From contig CM052817.1 of assembly GCA_028534125.1 (NCBI GenBank), positions 45,324,001-45,388,000 on the forward strand: DNA of 64,000 nucleotides. Reading direction: 5' to 3'. How positions within the stretch are numbered: position 1 is the stretch's first letter; the number at the start of each line of letters is the position of its first letter. Below are positions 37,811 through 51,932 of the stretch, piece by piece. Made by a program: the position numbers and the translations under genes. The notes under the pieces are model-generated. The model saw only the letters and a list, made by a program, of their open reading frames with translations. It was not told the origin of the DNA and ran no database searches. This stretch comes from Lama glama. Taxonomy: Eukaryota.

Positions 37811-38812
37811 GTGTCATTTTGATTCTGAACTGGGTAGGTCTGATTTCTCACACTTAAAGCTGTGTAACTTTTCATGGGGAATATTTTGTAGCTTGTTGAA
37901 GACCAAATTCTGCAGCTGAAACTTTCTGGAATGATTGATTCCATGAGAACTCCTGAGAGACAAAGAATTGTACCACTTAAAGAAACAGAAGTAGCATTTG
38001 TCTCTGGGATGAAATCCCTTTTTATAGAGTTTATATCTCTTGCTTTTAAACTAATCTCCTGTATTTTGTTAGATACAGTAATGTGAATTTAGAGTGGCAA
38101 GTGCTCCAGAAGGATATATACTTATCTCCCATATCAGTCTTTTGCCCTTTGGGCTTGTAAAGCAAGAGAGATTAAATGATTGCTTGGTAATCTTTTTTCC
38201 CAATAAAGAGGGATTAGCGCTATACCAAATGATTGCCTTCCTTTTAAATATAACTTTTTAGTACTAAAAAACAATGACTCAGACAAGTCATTCAAAATTT
38301 CATATCTTATTAACTCTGTGAAATGTGTTGATAATAAAAACCTGCATTCTCATAACTGTGTTGTTGAAACTAATCTGTTAACCTCCACAACACATTTTGA
38401 ATGTCTGTGACATCAAATATGAATTTGCTGTGAAGTAAACAAATTTTAAGTTTTAATTTCTCATGTTTATAGGTCCCTTCCAAGGCCCTAGTAGAAGTCA
38501 TTGCAATGCATTCATTTTACATACTGTATAACCGCAAGGTCTATAAAACTTGGATCTATTTTGTCAAAATTAGTCATTATTTACATAAAAGGAGATGTCT
38601 TGCTACACATGATAGTTTTGATGGGTAATTATGCTGAAGATGGCCTTTAAAATCTTGTTTTTGATACATATGGTCTAAAGTTTTCTTAGACTGTGGAATA
38701 CTTACCAATATTATCAATATATACAGTGTGAGAAAGCAAGCGAGGCAGGAATCAATTTCTAGGAAGATTCTATGTAAACTGTTTGGTGGCAAATATCCCC
38801 CTTTGCTTTTAG

Positions 38813-41320
38813 ATGCTGCTCTAGCACTTGAGATGACATCCTTTTGCAGCAGAAGTGCTGCTATCCTAGAAGAGATGCATGATTTTGAGCATTTACTTCT
38901 GAATCGTCTGCATTTTCCGAGAAGGGCCTTGCAGGAGAAGAAAAGACGGACTTCTGAGTGTTTCAAAGGAACCTTGAACAACTGTCCCTTCCCAATTGTT
39001 ATCCCATCCCGTCACCTGCAAGTCCACTGATACAATTTCAAGATATAGCCAATGGAAGAATAGTGATAGGTTTCTTGTTTACATGAATGTATATTTACTA
39101 TTAGTAGGTTGTATATTTAAAGTGATTTAAAAAAGGGAGAAAGAGATAAGCATTTAGAAGGTCATTTATACATTGAACCTCATGTGTTATCTGTATAAAT
39201 GTATACATTTATTTGGGAGTGGATTTGGTGGAGGTAGGTGGTAAAAAGTAGAATCAGTTGAAGAAAATGAAAAAAACTAGGATCAGTAAGAGAAAATATT
39301 TTCCTTACCCTAATTTAACTGTAAAACACATTTAAAAATCTTGCTTGTTTCTGGGTGTTAAGAAGATTTGTAACTGCTCTCTGTGGATAGATGTGTATCT
39401 TTGGTTTCTGTGATTATTGCTGTTTGATCAGTGTTATTGTGGGAATCTGGCCTCTCTGCTGATCTTCTAAGAACCACACTAATGCAAATTTTGCAAAGAA
39501 ACCTTTTATTTCTAATGACCTAGTATGACTCTGGCATTGGGTAGTCCTCTGTTTTGTAAGATTCTGGTGCTAATGTTCCTATGTGTAGGAACGTGACTGG
39601 AACAAGAATGGGGACGGAGAAAAATTTTGAAAGTCTGCCTTGGAGCTGAGTACTGTGCTTCTCATGGGAAAAAGAGGAATACACACCTTAGGAGATGGAA
39701 ACAGCGTTACCAACTGACTAGGGCTGATCACTCTTCTGTGGGCCAATTGCTCTGGAAGTCCCCAGCTGAAAAGGCGTTGGGGAGGGAATGCCCACTGTTT
39801 TGGACTTCACTCTTGTCTCCTGAGAGCTTGAAGGTGTGTTGGACAGAACCCAGAGATGTTCCTGTCTCCTGTTTTCTCAGACACTTAAGCCTTCCCCAAA
39901 GCTTTTCACCAAGGTGCAAAATCATTTCCCTGCAGCCCACACATCTTTTCTAATGCACTAGTTCACAACTTTTACATGGAAGAGTTAAACCAGCTGGACT
40001 CCGGGTTTTGGGTTTCTGGGTTTTAAGACATGCTCTGCATTTATCATCTTAGAGAATGGTTGTTCAGGGGACCAGAATCTGTGTGGACATATTTTGCCTT
40101 AACCAATTAACAGTGTGTTTTTTCCAAAAGGCTTTGAGGAGAACTTAGCCCCCAGATTTAACTAGCAGTTTTCTGTTACTCTAAGGAGCTTAATACTGAA
40201 ATTCTGACCTTAGACACTCAAGCTTTAAAAGGACATTCCAGAGGAGGCAAAATAAGAGGCTCCAATGTGGATTCTATAGGTGGTTCAACTAAAATTTCGC
40301 CTTGATTTTGAGACTCTGTCTTTAACCTCTGACCAGATGTTTGACTAGATTGGTGTGGCTAATGTACTGAACAAAATTAGTGTATAGGTAGTAATAGGCT
40401 TCATATTAAAATGCTATTGTTTTATTTTTATTTTGAAAAATATTGCCAGCAGACTGTACAGCATGGAAAGCCAAGTGTTTCTCCAGTTTATTTCAAAGTT
40501 ATTTTGATTTAAGATCAGTCTGAAAATATCACTTCACTGTCTGAGAGTCTAAGATCAGTTACCTTCTCATTTCTGTGTTTGCTTTTGGTATTTTTTGTTT
40601 ACTAAAACATTTTGTGAACTTTAGAATTACAGAACTAAAAATGATTTACTGTGAGTCCATGTTGAGACTTGAGAACCATATCTGGTTAGAACCTTGGCGG
40701 AACTCCTTGAAAAAGAAGATTTTGCAAATTGGAGCCATAGATATTGAAGCAAAAGAATCCCTTTTCTCAATTTAAGGTTACTTTACTTTGTCTCACTTTA
40801 CAAGGATATGATTAAGCCACTTACTAATAGGAAATATGTGTATGTACTGGTGGGGGGAAATGAGCTTGCTATGTGTGTATGTATCTTTTAAAATTAATAA
40901 GTATTTTATCTTACTGAGCTCCATATATGGTTTTTATCTGCATTTATTTAATTAAGAGACCATGAATAATCTGTACAACACTGTATAGTTTTAACCCATA
41001 AGTTTGAAACCATCTGTAAATTCTCTTTTTGAAATTTTGGATATAAGGGTAGCGAGTTAATTTTCTTGTTAAGCCAGTGATACGAGCAGCCTGATCCTAA
41101 AGTAACATGTCCTGTAAAGACTGCCTGGTAAAAGCGACAGACTCAGTCTTAGAACCTGGTTCTCCTGGCTAAGAATCCCTTGCTTGGTTACAATAGCTGC
41201 CTTCCTGTAGAAATGGGACTATAGAAGATGTGTTTTCTTATGTGACTCATTGTTGGTTCCTTTATCTTAGTTGTGCTACAGGATAAGGCTGGATCTGTAA
41301 TAAATTATGAGTCACACTAG
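38813..41320 (+). other. CDKL2: CDKL2 non-coding terminal exon / 3'UTR (end uncertain)
   Basis: TGG|gtaggt donor at 37834 and ccctttgcttttag acceptor ending 38812; candidate signals ATTAAA 40405-40410 and AATAAA 41299-41304. Confidence 0.55.
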
Positions 41321-44300
41321 ACTGAAAAATGTGATTGACTTGTTTTCTAAGCCCTCCTCTATATAACCGAACTGTTGGAAGCAATTAGAAACACTAACGT
41401 CACTGCTTCTGAGGTTTTAAGGCCAGTCCTGGAGATGTGGACTGAGTGGATCTGTTGCTCTGCGTTGTGCTTCAGCATTGGAGATGGGCCCTTAACACTC
41501 TTCTATGTGAATGAAAACTTATGTTTTCATATTGCTTTTTAAATGGCCTTAATTTTCTCTCTTGATAGTTTCAGACATGAAGTAACTTGAAAATGTAATT
41601 AACATGCAGCTTATCTATTTCTTACCCTGTCTTTCTGTGAAGTGCCCTACCACAGATCATTTGTCATCACTTGTATGTAACTTGTGATTTAGAGCTTTGT
41701 GTTTACAGATGTTTGTAGCTATCTGACAATGACTGTCAGATTTATATCCTGAGAGATTGAAAGCAAAACAAAAACCCATCCACAAAATGTCATTTTCCTT
41801 TGCTTTCGGTGAAAATTTTTCCCCCCATTGCATAACCTTTTTTAATCCCTTCTTGTTCTACTTTGGCATGCAAGGTTATCTCCTGTAGAAGTGAGGAAGT
41901 TTCTAGCAAAATTGTGGAAATGGTATTGTTGGTTTACATGAATTAAATAAGAGAGAATCAGGGAAATGAATCCAAAATGTCTCATTTCAGCATGTTCTCC
42001 TGTCCCTACACCGGGGTGGGATCTCCTATCAGTCAAGAGAACAGGTTTTCATGTCAACTTATTTCAGTGCCTCTAAGTCTGGAAAGCGATCTCCATTAAC
42101 ATTGCTGCTAGAATTTAAAACTGTCCCTCCGCCCCATGACAACAGCGTTTCCATTGGTTACTTCCCTCCTGAACCTGCTTTTAGATTTTTTCCTTGGATC
42201 ATCCCTCCTTTTGCTTCCATGAATACCTACCTGTCCATCTCCTCCACTATATACTTTTTAAGTAGAAAAGCTGTTTATTAAATTACTCCTAGACCCTCTG
42301 GAAGAGTCAGGGCCAGATTCTGAAGGCACACGGGGAAGAACCACACCCAATATCACTGCCCTCACCAAAATTTCTGTGTCTCTAAAGACTAGGAACCACA
42401 TCTTATTTATCTCTTTCTGTTCCACACCATCTAGTGCTGTGATTTCTATGTGACAATAGTTAATAATAACCCTATGAAAGTAGAAATGTTACTCATGTTT
42501 TATAAACAAGGTATAGGCTTAGAAAGTTTAAGAAATTTGCTCAGTGTTACTCGCTTAATAAATGATAGACGCATGGGTGTTTGGGGGAACAAATATATGG
42601 TCATGATTTCTCAGATCTGGAATCAATTATAATGTTTCTGTTTGTTTAGATAATATAAACTTTGGGAGCTTAGACTCCTGGAGCTACCTACATCCTCATT
42701 CACTTACAGAGGAGGAAGTGTGTTTTTCCAGCCATAAACAAAACTTTGCTTTACTCTAAAAGCCATATTTGGACACTGCTCACCAGGGGTCAAGCATTGT
42801 AGCCAGGGGAATGGTATCCACTGATTGGCTTGGGTCTCTGTTAAATTCATTTGTCTGAATTAATTATGAGCAAAAGGAAACAGGATTGTACTGATTGGTT
42901 TAAGGTTAATGACAGCCTACCCATGGGACCACCTGGCTTCCACAAACTTGGAAGTAGATATGGAACAGATGCTGGCAAGATAGTCACAGTGTTCTCCAGA
43001 GATGGACTTCTTAAAGCTGCAAAAGGTATGCTTCATTTTAGATTTTGACTAAGTCTGCCAAATTGTCCTCTAAAAATGCCATACCAATTTACATTCCCAC
43101 CAACAGTGTATGAGAAAGTCTATTTCCCCAGACCTGGACTATATTAGATACTGCTACTAATTTTCATGTTGACCAATCTGATGGGTGAAAATTATCTTGC
43201 TTTAGTTTACGTATTCTTCATTACTACTGAGGTTACATATATTTTCATGTATTTTTTCTTTTTTACATGTCTATTGGTCATTTGGATTCCTTATGTGGCT
43301 AAAGGATATTAAAGTTCTTAAAAAAACAGTAGAGCAGATTTTAGCTTGAGTGTTGGACATTTTCCTTTGCAGATGTGTTTCTTACCTCCTGAAAACAAAG
43401 GCAAACACCAGATTCAGATAATATAGTTTGGCTCAAAGCATACTGTAGGTCAAAAATTATTTTAAACTGGGAAGTGCAACCCAGCCGGAAGAATGTATTT
43501 TCAATTACATTGTCCTCTTCAGTAAGGTGATCAGTTCCCCTTTCTTCTGTTGGGCCTTGGGAGGAAATAAGTTGATGAGAGAGAAGCACTTCTCCCTTCT
43601 AGGGTAGAGGGATTTAGAAGTCAGCTCTGCTTGGGTGGACGGGAATTATTTAGGAAAGTTCTGAGCGCGGGGGCTGCTGCAGCTGGCCTTTCATCTGTTT
43701 CAGTAGCATGACACCTTACTCCTCTGGCTCCGCCCAGGATTGCCAAGTGCGATCCGGGAGGTGGCAGTAAAGAGCCACTCTGTAAGACATTCCTTCCCAA
43801 GGTGGAAAGTGCTAAAACCTGTGAAGAATTCTGTCCTTGTATTAAACAGTCTTCTTTGCCCGTTTTTAAGGGCCCAGTGTTAAGGAGAACTTACTCTATT
43901 TGAACCTCAGCGGTGGCAAGGAAGAGCTGTAATAGATGGTCCGTCAGAAGTTGCCGGCAGTGGAGTGGCGCACCCTGGTGGACACTGATAGTTAACACTC
44001 TAGCCGTCCAGTTCAAGGGGTTTATGAACGTGCCTAAGGGGAGCAGAAGAGACCCATTGCACGTGGCCTCTGTCTCTGTGATTGTGTCTGGGCTCTCCTG
44101 ATGTTGGCAGGTGGCTGGTGGCTCAGAGGGCAGCAAGGCAGAACCAGTAGCTGGAGGAGGGATAGGCTGTGGGAACTTGGGGGTGGCCAGGAGGAGCTGT
44201 GGACTTCAGTGAGATTCCTGAATGAAAGAAAAAGAACCTGGAGAATTATGAAAGTAAATTTGCCTCACCAAGATGAAATGTGAGCAGATGGGCAAAGGCA

Positions 44301-45504
44301 GAGCGGCAGGAAGGCAGATCAGACCACTTCCAGGAGTGCTAATCCAAAAAGAGTGCTGTACATCTTTGGAATGAATTGGAAATATGGTTTTCAAGTGTGA
44401 TTTGCAAGCAGCAAAATGTAAGTTGATACAATGAATGGAGATTGGAAAATTAGTCCACACTGGCAGGGCTATTTTTCTTGATTATATTGGAATGCAGCCT
44501 AGGGAGTCTGATGGAACAGCCCCAGATGCATTTCCAGTCTTGAAATCAGTCAGCTAATGAGTATGTTAAGTCGTCAGTCAGTCCACTGGAGTTCTGAATT
44601 TGCAAAAGTGCAGGGCATGTTGATTAGGGAAAATTAGTTATCTGTGATGTGTCTAAAATTAAAGTCCCCAGTATACCTCTCAACATATGGATTTGAAAAA
44701 TAATACCAATGAAAAGTGAAAAGAAACTCTAGAAAAGGAGAAATACTTTGCCAGTGTGGAAACAGAAGCTTAAAACACATTTTATATACAATATTACTAT
44801 GACTATATGAAATCTACCTCTATTCTGAATGAGGGTGGGCATCTAATTCTCCAAGTGAATGAATGTGGTGAAATAGATTCCCAAAGAAATTCAAGTAATA
44901 AATCTACTATTTAGAACATAAACCAAGATGTGCATACATTTTGTTGTCAGAAAATCAGTTTCTCCTTGTCTGTTGAATGAATATTTAAAGAATAACAGTT
45001 TGAAGAGGCATCTTAAATAACAGGCTTCCCAGGAAATCTGTATGTCCTGACCTGGACTTGGAGGAGAGATTTTACAAAGAGGACTCAGATTTTGAAAAAA
45101 GTGATAGATGCTGCTAATAAAAGCGTGAAAAAAAATTACAAAATTAAGTGAGCAATTAAATTGGAGGATTCTCTGTCTCTGGTTACCATTCTGACCTACT
45201 CTCTAACAAACTACTGAAAGAGAAAAATTTTATCTGCACTGAAAAGAGAAAGATACACGTTAAAATTCCTCAAAGAAGTTTGGAAGCATGCACCAGTGGC
45301 CAGTATAGTGTCTTATTTGAGAGGGATTTTTGTATCTTACCTTTCTCTCCTCAATATAAGTTCTTCTCTTTCTCCCTCTCCCTCTCCCCTCTCCCTCCTT
45401 CTCCTTCTTCTTCTTCTAGGAGATTTTAAACTCCTGAGACTTCCCCTGAGATGTGGGAATTGATTTGGAAGCAAATAGGGTTAAGATACCAGGAGGTTTG
45501 AAAG

Positions 45505-46050
45505 TTCATTTATTTAAAAAATATTTATTGAGTTCCTGCTATATGCAGGTATTGTTTTAAGTCCTAAAGATAAAGGAATGAACACAATAGACACAAATCA
45601 CTGTTTTTAGGGAGTTTACTTTCTGATATGAAGGACAAATAATAAAAAAGGGAACTAAGAACACATATAGAATGACTGAATGTGATTCATGATAGGGGAT
45701 AAAAATAAAGCTGGGTATGGGAAGAGGGTATCCGTGGGTATCCATGCCTGCACATTTTGATAGGTTGGCCAGGAACTGAAAGGTGGCATTTTATGAGTGT
45801 CCTGTAAGAAATGAGAGAAGGACCCATGTGGGTAATGTGGATTATCTGGGGCAAGGCCACTGTAGCCAGAGGGACCGACCAGGGCACAGGCCTTGAGGAG
45901 ACTGTGAGCTTTGTCTGCGTGAGAACAGCGAGGAGGGCCGTGTGTCTGGAGCGGAGTGAGAAGGGAAGAAAGGAGGGTGAGGTGAGGTCAGAGAGGAAGA
46001 GGCTGGTGTGGGGCGTGGGGAGGCGGGGTCGTGTAAAAGACATGTGAAAC
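45505..46050 (-). mobile_element. LINE-2 fragment
   Basis: ttcatttatttaaaaaatatttattgagttcctgctatatgcagg antisense L2 terminus and following L2-like sequence. Confidence 0.7.
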
Positions 46051-46383
46051 CTTCTGCTTACTGTTGTGGGTAGTATTTCAGTGAAATATTGCTTCCCGCC
46101 CTGGTCTCCACTTTACTGAGATATAATTGACCTATTCCACTGTTTAGGAAAAGCCTGGAGGTTCCTACAGGAACCTGATATTTACTTACATTTTATTATA
46201 AAAATAAGTCAAATATGCTCTGTGCTTGAAAAAGGAAAGTGGTGGTTTTCTTCATTTTTTCATCTGTATAAAAGTATCTGAGCTTTGTAACCCCTGTTTT
46301 CCTTAGAGTCAGAGCCAGCTCTCTCCAGGTTCTGCAGATCTTTTGGTAATTTGTAGTTACTGCTATCAAAATTGGATCCCTCC

Positions 46384-46795
46384 TGTTATGGGCTGAATTT
46401 ATTCCCTTCAGATACATGTGTTGAAGCCCTAACCACCAGTACCTCAGAATGTGATATATATTGGAGACAGGGCCTTTAAAGAGGCGATTCAGGTTAAAAT
46501 GAGGCCATTGCGGGGGGCCCTAATCCAATCTGACTGGTGTCCTTTTTAAGAAGAGAAACTCTGGACGCACAGGAGAGACACCATGGGCAACACGTGCATG
46601 GAGAGGAGGCTGCGCCAAGAGGCAGCAAGAGGGCAGCCGTCTGCAAACCCAGGAGAGAGGCCTCAGAGGAAACCCGTCCTGCTGACGCTTTGATCTTGGA
46701 CTTTCAGCTTCCAGAACTGTGAGAAAATAAAGTTTTATTGTGTATGCTACCCAGTCTGTGCTATTTTGTGAAAGCAGTCCAAGCAAACTAACACA
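46384..46795 (+). mobile_element. Complete MaLR solo LTR (MLT1A-like)
   Basis: TG...CA ends; perfect 5-bp TSD cctcc (46379-46383, 46796-46800); MLT1 motifs ccctaatccaatctgactggtgtcc and ccagaactgtgagaaaataaa. Confidence 0.9.
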
Positions 46796-48494
46796 CCTCC
46801 TCAAAAGATTTTTCTAAATGCCATGGGGTAACATTTACAGAGTAAGTTGGCTATTTCTTAATTTTTCATATTTGACCAGGAACTTAGCGAACCCCAGTGT
46901 TTGAATGGGCCACAACCCCATCATTCAGCAGCAGACTCCACGCAGCCTGCAGCACCTTCCTTCCTGGTTTGGCTGCCCCTTGTTGACACCTGCTGCCCAC
47001 GAAGCCCTGGAAGGCGCTCCATCCAACCCCGCAGCCCTGATGAAACAGCACCTAACGTGAGAACACCGATGTCTCCTGACTTTCCGCAAGTTGCTGCTGT
47101 TTTCCAGAGAAGGAGTGAGTTCCATGCAGAGGTGGGGAGAAGCTCCCCCTTCTCAAATCTGTGTGACACTTTGTCACGTCAGCCCCAAAGGAGCTCTGCT
47201 GTGTTCAGAGGCTCCTAAAGTTTCTTTTAAAACATCTTTATCAGCTTCTGATGCTCATCACTGACTACTCGGCTCAAATTCAGTCCAAGTGGTGGCTGTG
47301 GAAGTACATGCCGTCTTACACCTTCTGTTTCTCCTCTTGAGACCCAAACTTCCAACCAAACTCCCCCTTCTCCCCCAGTTAAAAATTACCCTCCCCAAAT
47401 ATCAGTGAACGTCTGAGTCTCAGCTCAACCAGTCTGGGTAACCAATGTGTGAATCATTACAAGGTTCGTGGTAGTGTGGGATGTAGGAATAGGATTTTAT
47501 TTTTAACTTATTTTCAAGGCACGGATAAATTCAAGATTAATTTTTGTGGGCTTTTTTTTTTGGCAGGGGGGCTAGAACTCAAACCTTGATTTATGCTGTA
47601 AAGGGGAAGAAAATGATTAGTTATTATGTACATTGATGTAACAGGACTAGTTCTTACTATACAGAGCAACATACAAGGACTTCTAAGCACCTACTTCTAC
47701 AGTTTCAACTTCACAAGAACATACTCGAACTTCCCGGTACATGCATGACTAACATTCTGAGTTCCAATGACAGTAATTGTATCATGTCCAAGTCACTAGT
47801 TAAAAATTGGCCTATCGTGCCAACACATTTTTAAACATTAAAAAAAAAAGAAGCCAGAAGGCAGAAAAATCTCAAGGACAAAATACTGGGGATTTAAATA
47901 TTTTTAAGTCAAATTTAAGAGGAAGAGGGACATGCTAAAAAGCCACTGGTATTACTCTACGCATTCAAGATGCAGCTCAGGAACAAGTATTAATGATCAT
48001 AAAGGTTTTCAGATCCTTCCCTGAATTTTCACAGCCCACATCTTGTAAAGGTTTAGCCTCCCCATTCCCCAGCCCCGCCACAATTTTGCTTTTAATCCCC
48101 AAACTGATTTTGGCTGACAGATTGGCTCTAGTCCTGAATCATTTAAAAAGCATGAAGACACATTCAAACTGAGGCTACAACAGATTATCTAACCTTAGCA
48201 AGAGTATGTGGATTCTCTTTGCTACCAAACATTGTAGTCATTTTACTATGATCATAAGAGATGATTTGCTTCTCCTTGTTACAGTGACTATGGAAAGATA
48301 ATAGTAAGCACAAATTTTGCTTTATTAATATTGACCACAAACACAGTAAAGCCAAAAGATATGTTTATATGGCATGACGTAAACCATACAAAATTCCTTT
48401 AGAAATCATTGCATTTTCACTTTGCTCAGAATTTTCAATCACATACTATCTCAGTGAAGAAAAAATATGAGTTACAAACTGAAAAGTGATTTTT

Positions 48495-48775
48495 TAAAAA
48501 ATTGAAGTATAGTCAGTTTACAGTGTTGTGTCAATTTCTGGTGCATTCAGTCATACACATACATACATATATTCCTTTTCATATTCTTTTTTATTATAGG
48601 TTACCACAAGATATTGAATATAATCCCCTATGTTATACAGTGTGAACTTGTTGTTTATCTATTTTATATATAGTAGTTAGTATCTGCAAATCTCGGACTC
48701 CCAATGTATCCTTCCTCCCCACCCATAACCATAAGTTTGTTTTCTGTGTCTGTGAGTCTGTCACTGTTTTGCAGA
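48495..48775 (-). mobile_element. 3' end of a relatively young artiodactyl-type LINE-1
   Basis: attgaagtatagtcagtttacagtgttgtgtcaatttctgg...caagatattgaatata...aaccataagtttgttttctgtgtctgtgagtctg. Confidence 0.8.
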
Positions 48776-49169
48776 TAAGAATAAGAAAGGAAAATAAGAA
48801 GAAGGAAAAAGAGTACATCTAATCTCATCTTCAGTGCACATCAAATCTCATACTTAAGATACTTTTAAAGGCCACGTAGACATGGTGTCCTCCGAGGTCC
48901 GGCGTCCCTTCTCAGCAGGCAGTGGGGACAGTCGATCTGCTGTGCGCCGTCCTCCCGGTTGACGGCCTGAGGGCGCTTTCAATGCAGCTTTTCCCAGGAT
49001 ATTTACCCCAAGATCTAGTCTTTTTAACCTTCCTTCTTTTTATACCCCTACCCTCCAGTCTCATCTAACTCTGTCACCTCCCTCATCTGTCCCCGGAGGC
49101 CCCAAACTGCCACTTCCTCCCTCACAACTAAACCCTTGTCACTAAATCCTGTGTTAGTTCCATTAGTGC

Positions 49170-49710
49170 CTTTTTACTTTCATTTTGAAATAATTTCAAA
49201 CTAAAAAGAGTTGCAGAAATGGTACAAAGAACTCCTATATGCCTTTCACCCAAATACATCAACTGTAAAAACATTTTGCCACATTTTATTACTCTCTCAC
49301 CCCACTTCTCTCTCTCACACACACACACATATACACACACACACCCCTTTTGTCCCTGAATTATTCAAGACCTAGTTGCAGAAATCATACTCCTTACCCT
49401 CAAATACTTCAGATCTTTATATAAGGATGTTCTTTTACATAATTATCAAATTCAGAAAATTTAACATGGATATAAAATGATTACTTAAAACATGGCTCAC
49501 ATGAAAATCTGCCAGTTGTCCCAATAATATCCTTTCTGGCCATCTCTCCCTTACCTTCCCACTTCCAGGATCATGTGACATTTAGTTATCATGTCTTTTT
49601 AATGTCCTTCAGATTTTGTCTACCATAGCTACATTTTTTGATTACAGAGCAGTTGTTTTGTAACTGTCTTTCAATTTGGGTTTGATTCAGGTTCTGCCTT
49701 TTTAGCATAA
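49170..49710 (-). mobile_element. L1MC-like 3' end
   Basis: cattttgaaataatttcaaact...gttgcagaaatggtacaaagaactcc...cattttgccacatttt. Confidence 0.65.
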
Positions 49711-51289
49711 TTAGAACTTTAGGCTTGCCTAGGCTATTTCTGCCACAGGCAAAACATGCATTTAAGCGTGAACAAAAGATTGTAGTAGATACATAAAAGA
49801 TCATGTGCTCCCAGGAGACTGCCATTGCTTCCAAAGCAGACAGTCCCGCCTGCATGCTAAGAGGAACACACGTGATAAACGAATTCCCTTTGAGATATTA
49901 ATGCCTGAAAACTATCATTCTGAGGCAAAAAGTTTGCTGGGTATCAATGTATTTTAAAAGGAAAATTTATTAACCCGAAGTCACAAAGGCATATGCTTTT
50001 AGGGCTGCTTCCCACGTAGGCAACTCCATGCATGTTCCAGGGTGAGGAATGATGCAATTTTACCTAGAGTTATTTTAAAAAGGACCTCATTGTGAAACAC
50101 TCCAGGAATAGTCCACTTTCTGTAACAGATGCACTGAAGCTATTACTCCATCTTTCGTTTGTCTTAGTTTTCCTGAGGTTTATATACCACCTAGAAAAGG
50201 CCTTCAGGGACTGGATTCCAGAGCAGTTACGTTTTGAATGACAAAAGTTCGAACCTTTGGGAAGAGAAAGCCCTGCCAGAGCCAGGTTGGTTTTGGGCAA
50301 TCAGAGCGCTGAACAGCTGGTGAACAGAGGGAGGTGAGCGAGCCGTCGTGAAGAGAGGTCCAGGGATGGGGGGAAATTCAAATACAGCACTGATCCATCT
50401 TCAAGTTTGCCCAAGGTTGGCCCTTTTCTGATTATGCCCCACTAACCAAAAAGAAGGGGAGAGCAAGTGTATTCAAAAATACAGAATTTTTTACTTAATG
50501 AAGACTTCAAAGAAGATACAAGTTTTATTTAATCATAATTTTGAAACAAACATCTGTTCTTAGAATGAAAATTTGCTATAAAGTGAGTGAGGGCAAGGGT
50601 CTTTTTTCTCTTTATCTTTCCATATAGCAAGAAAAGAGAACATGATGATTTCATATCTCTTTTCATTTCCCAGGCATTCCCAGTGTCCTCAGGTCTTTAT
50701 GTTCCTTTTCTTTTCTTTTTTCTTTTCCTTTGTAGAAGCAGCAGCAGCATCTTTGCATGTAGTTCTTGGGAGGAACAGGTGTAAGCACTGACCTCATATG
50801 AGAAACCAAAGTTCCTACCTTACAGGCAAGGTGAGTAGCACAAACAGGAGGCGGTATTTTGCGGAATGGCTGAAGGAATAACCGGAGTGCAGTCTGTGGG
50901 ACTTACTACTTACACTGCATCCTCAGAACACCAGGTTCCTCCAGTTGTGCGAATTTGTGCCTGTGGATTTCTAGAGTTACCAGAACATCCTGGTAAACTT
51001 TTAATTGGAATATTGAACCTGGAATGATGTTAAAAGTCTTAGGGGAAGTATATCATTTAAGCTGGTATCCAAATGATGATAACGGAAGAAACAGTGAGAC
51101 ATTCATCAAGCTAATTTGCACACGTTGCTTGAAAAATGGATTTAGATAGTACAGATTAAAAAAAGAGGTTTTTTGATTAGGTAATTTAGTTTATAGAATC
51201 TTTTAAGTATTATCTATAGTCAGACTCCTCATTACTTTGTTTTGTTTTAATCTTTGTAATTTCTTTCTTGTTGTTGTTGTCAGAAAACT

Positions 51290-51465
51290 GAGTGGATTGT
51301 GAAAGTTCTCATTACAAGAAAAAGCTTTTTTGTAACTGTGTAAGGTGAGAGATGTTAACTGGACTTATTGTGGCGATCATTTTGCAACATATACAAATAT
51401 TGAATCATTACATTGTACACCTGAATCTAAAGTAATGTTATGCTAATTATACCTCAATAAAAACG
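51290..51465 (+). mobile_element. L1MA-like 3' terminus
   Basis: tgttaactggacttattgtggcgatcattttgcaacatatacaaatattgaatcattacattgtacacctgaa...tatacctcaataaaaa. Confidence 0.8.
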
Positions 51466-51932
51466 AATAAATAACCACTGTCAAGCAGAGAATAAAGTAA
51501 AGCTTTCAGTTTTTAAAAAAATTTCTTTTAAAGTTCACTTTGTCCTGTAAGTTTTCCAGTGACTATGAAAAAGTGTCATTAACATCTCCGTTTGGTTGAT
51601 GACAATCTCTTTTTAAATGCTCTTCACTCTATTTTAGAAGATGGAGCTGATTCTTCTGGCATCTCAGGATGATAGAAATGACTGGAACCACTCATTTTAG
51701 AACATTCCTTGCATAAAATCCTGTGATCATGAGAAGTTGGGGATAAGACTAACATAGTTACTGCTCCTATTTTGCAAAGATGAATAACCTATAAAACAGT
51801 ATCTTTACTGCTGACAAGGAGAACAGTTTCCAGTCACTGGTGTTTAAGGTGCTTAATCTTCCAATCCAACAGCTTTAGTTTTGAAAAAGAAAAGAGAAAT
51901 CCTTTCTTCATCCTTCCTGAGGCACTGGCTTC

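Noticed and set aside
38577..39030. 134-aa (-) and 100-aa (+) ORFs
   Set aside because: They straddle the CDKL2 3'UTR intron/exon boundary after the stop codon; no recognisable protein similarity.
45360..45418. Polypyrimidine tract ending in AG as an acceptor or H-DNA element
   Set aside because: Low-complexity intergenic tract; no convincing exon follows.
50524..50529. ODAPH poly(A) signal (AATAAA on minus strand)
   Set aside because: Plausible, but ATTAAA alternatives near 51000 and 51246 cannot be excluded from sequence alone.
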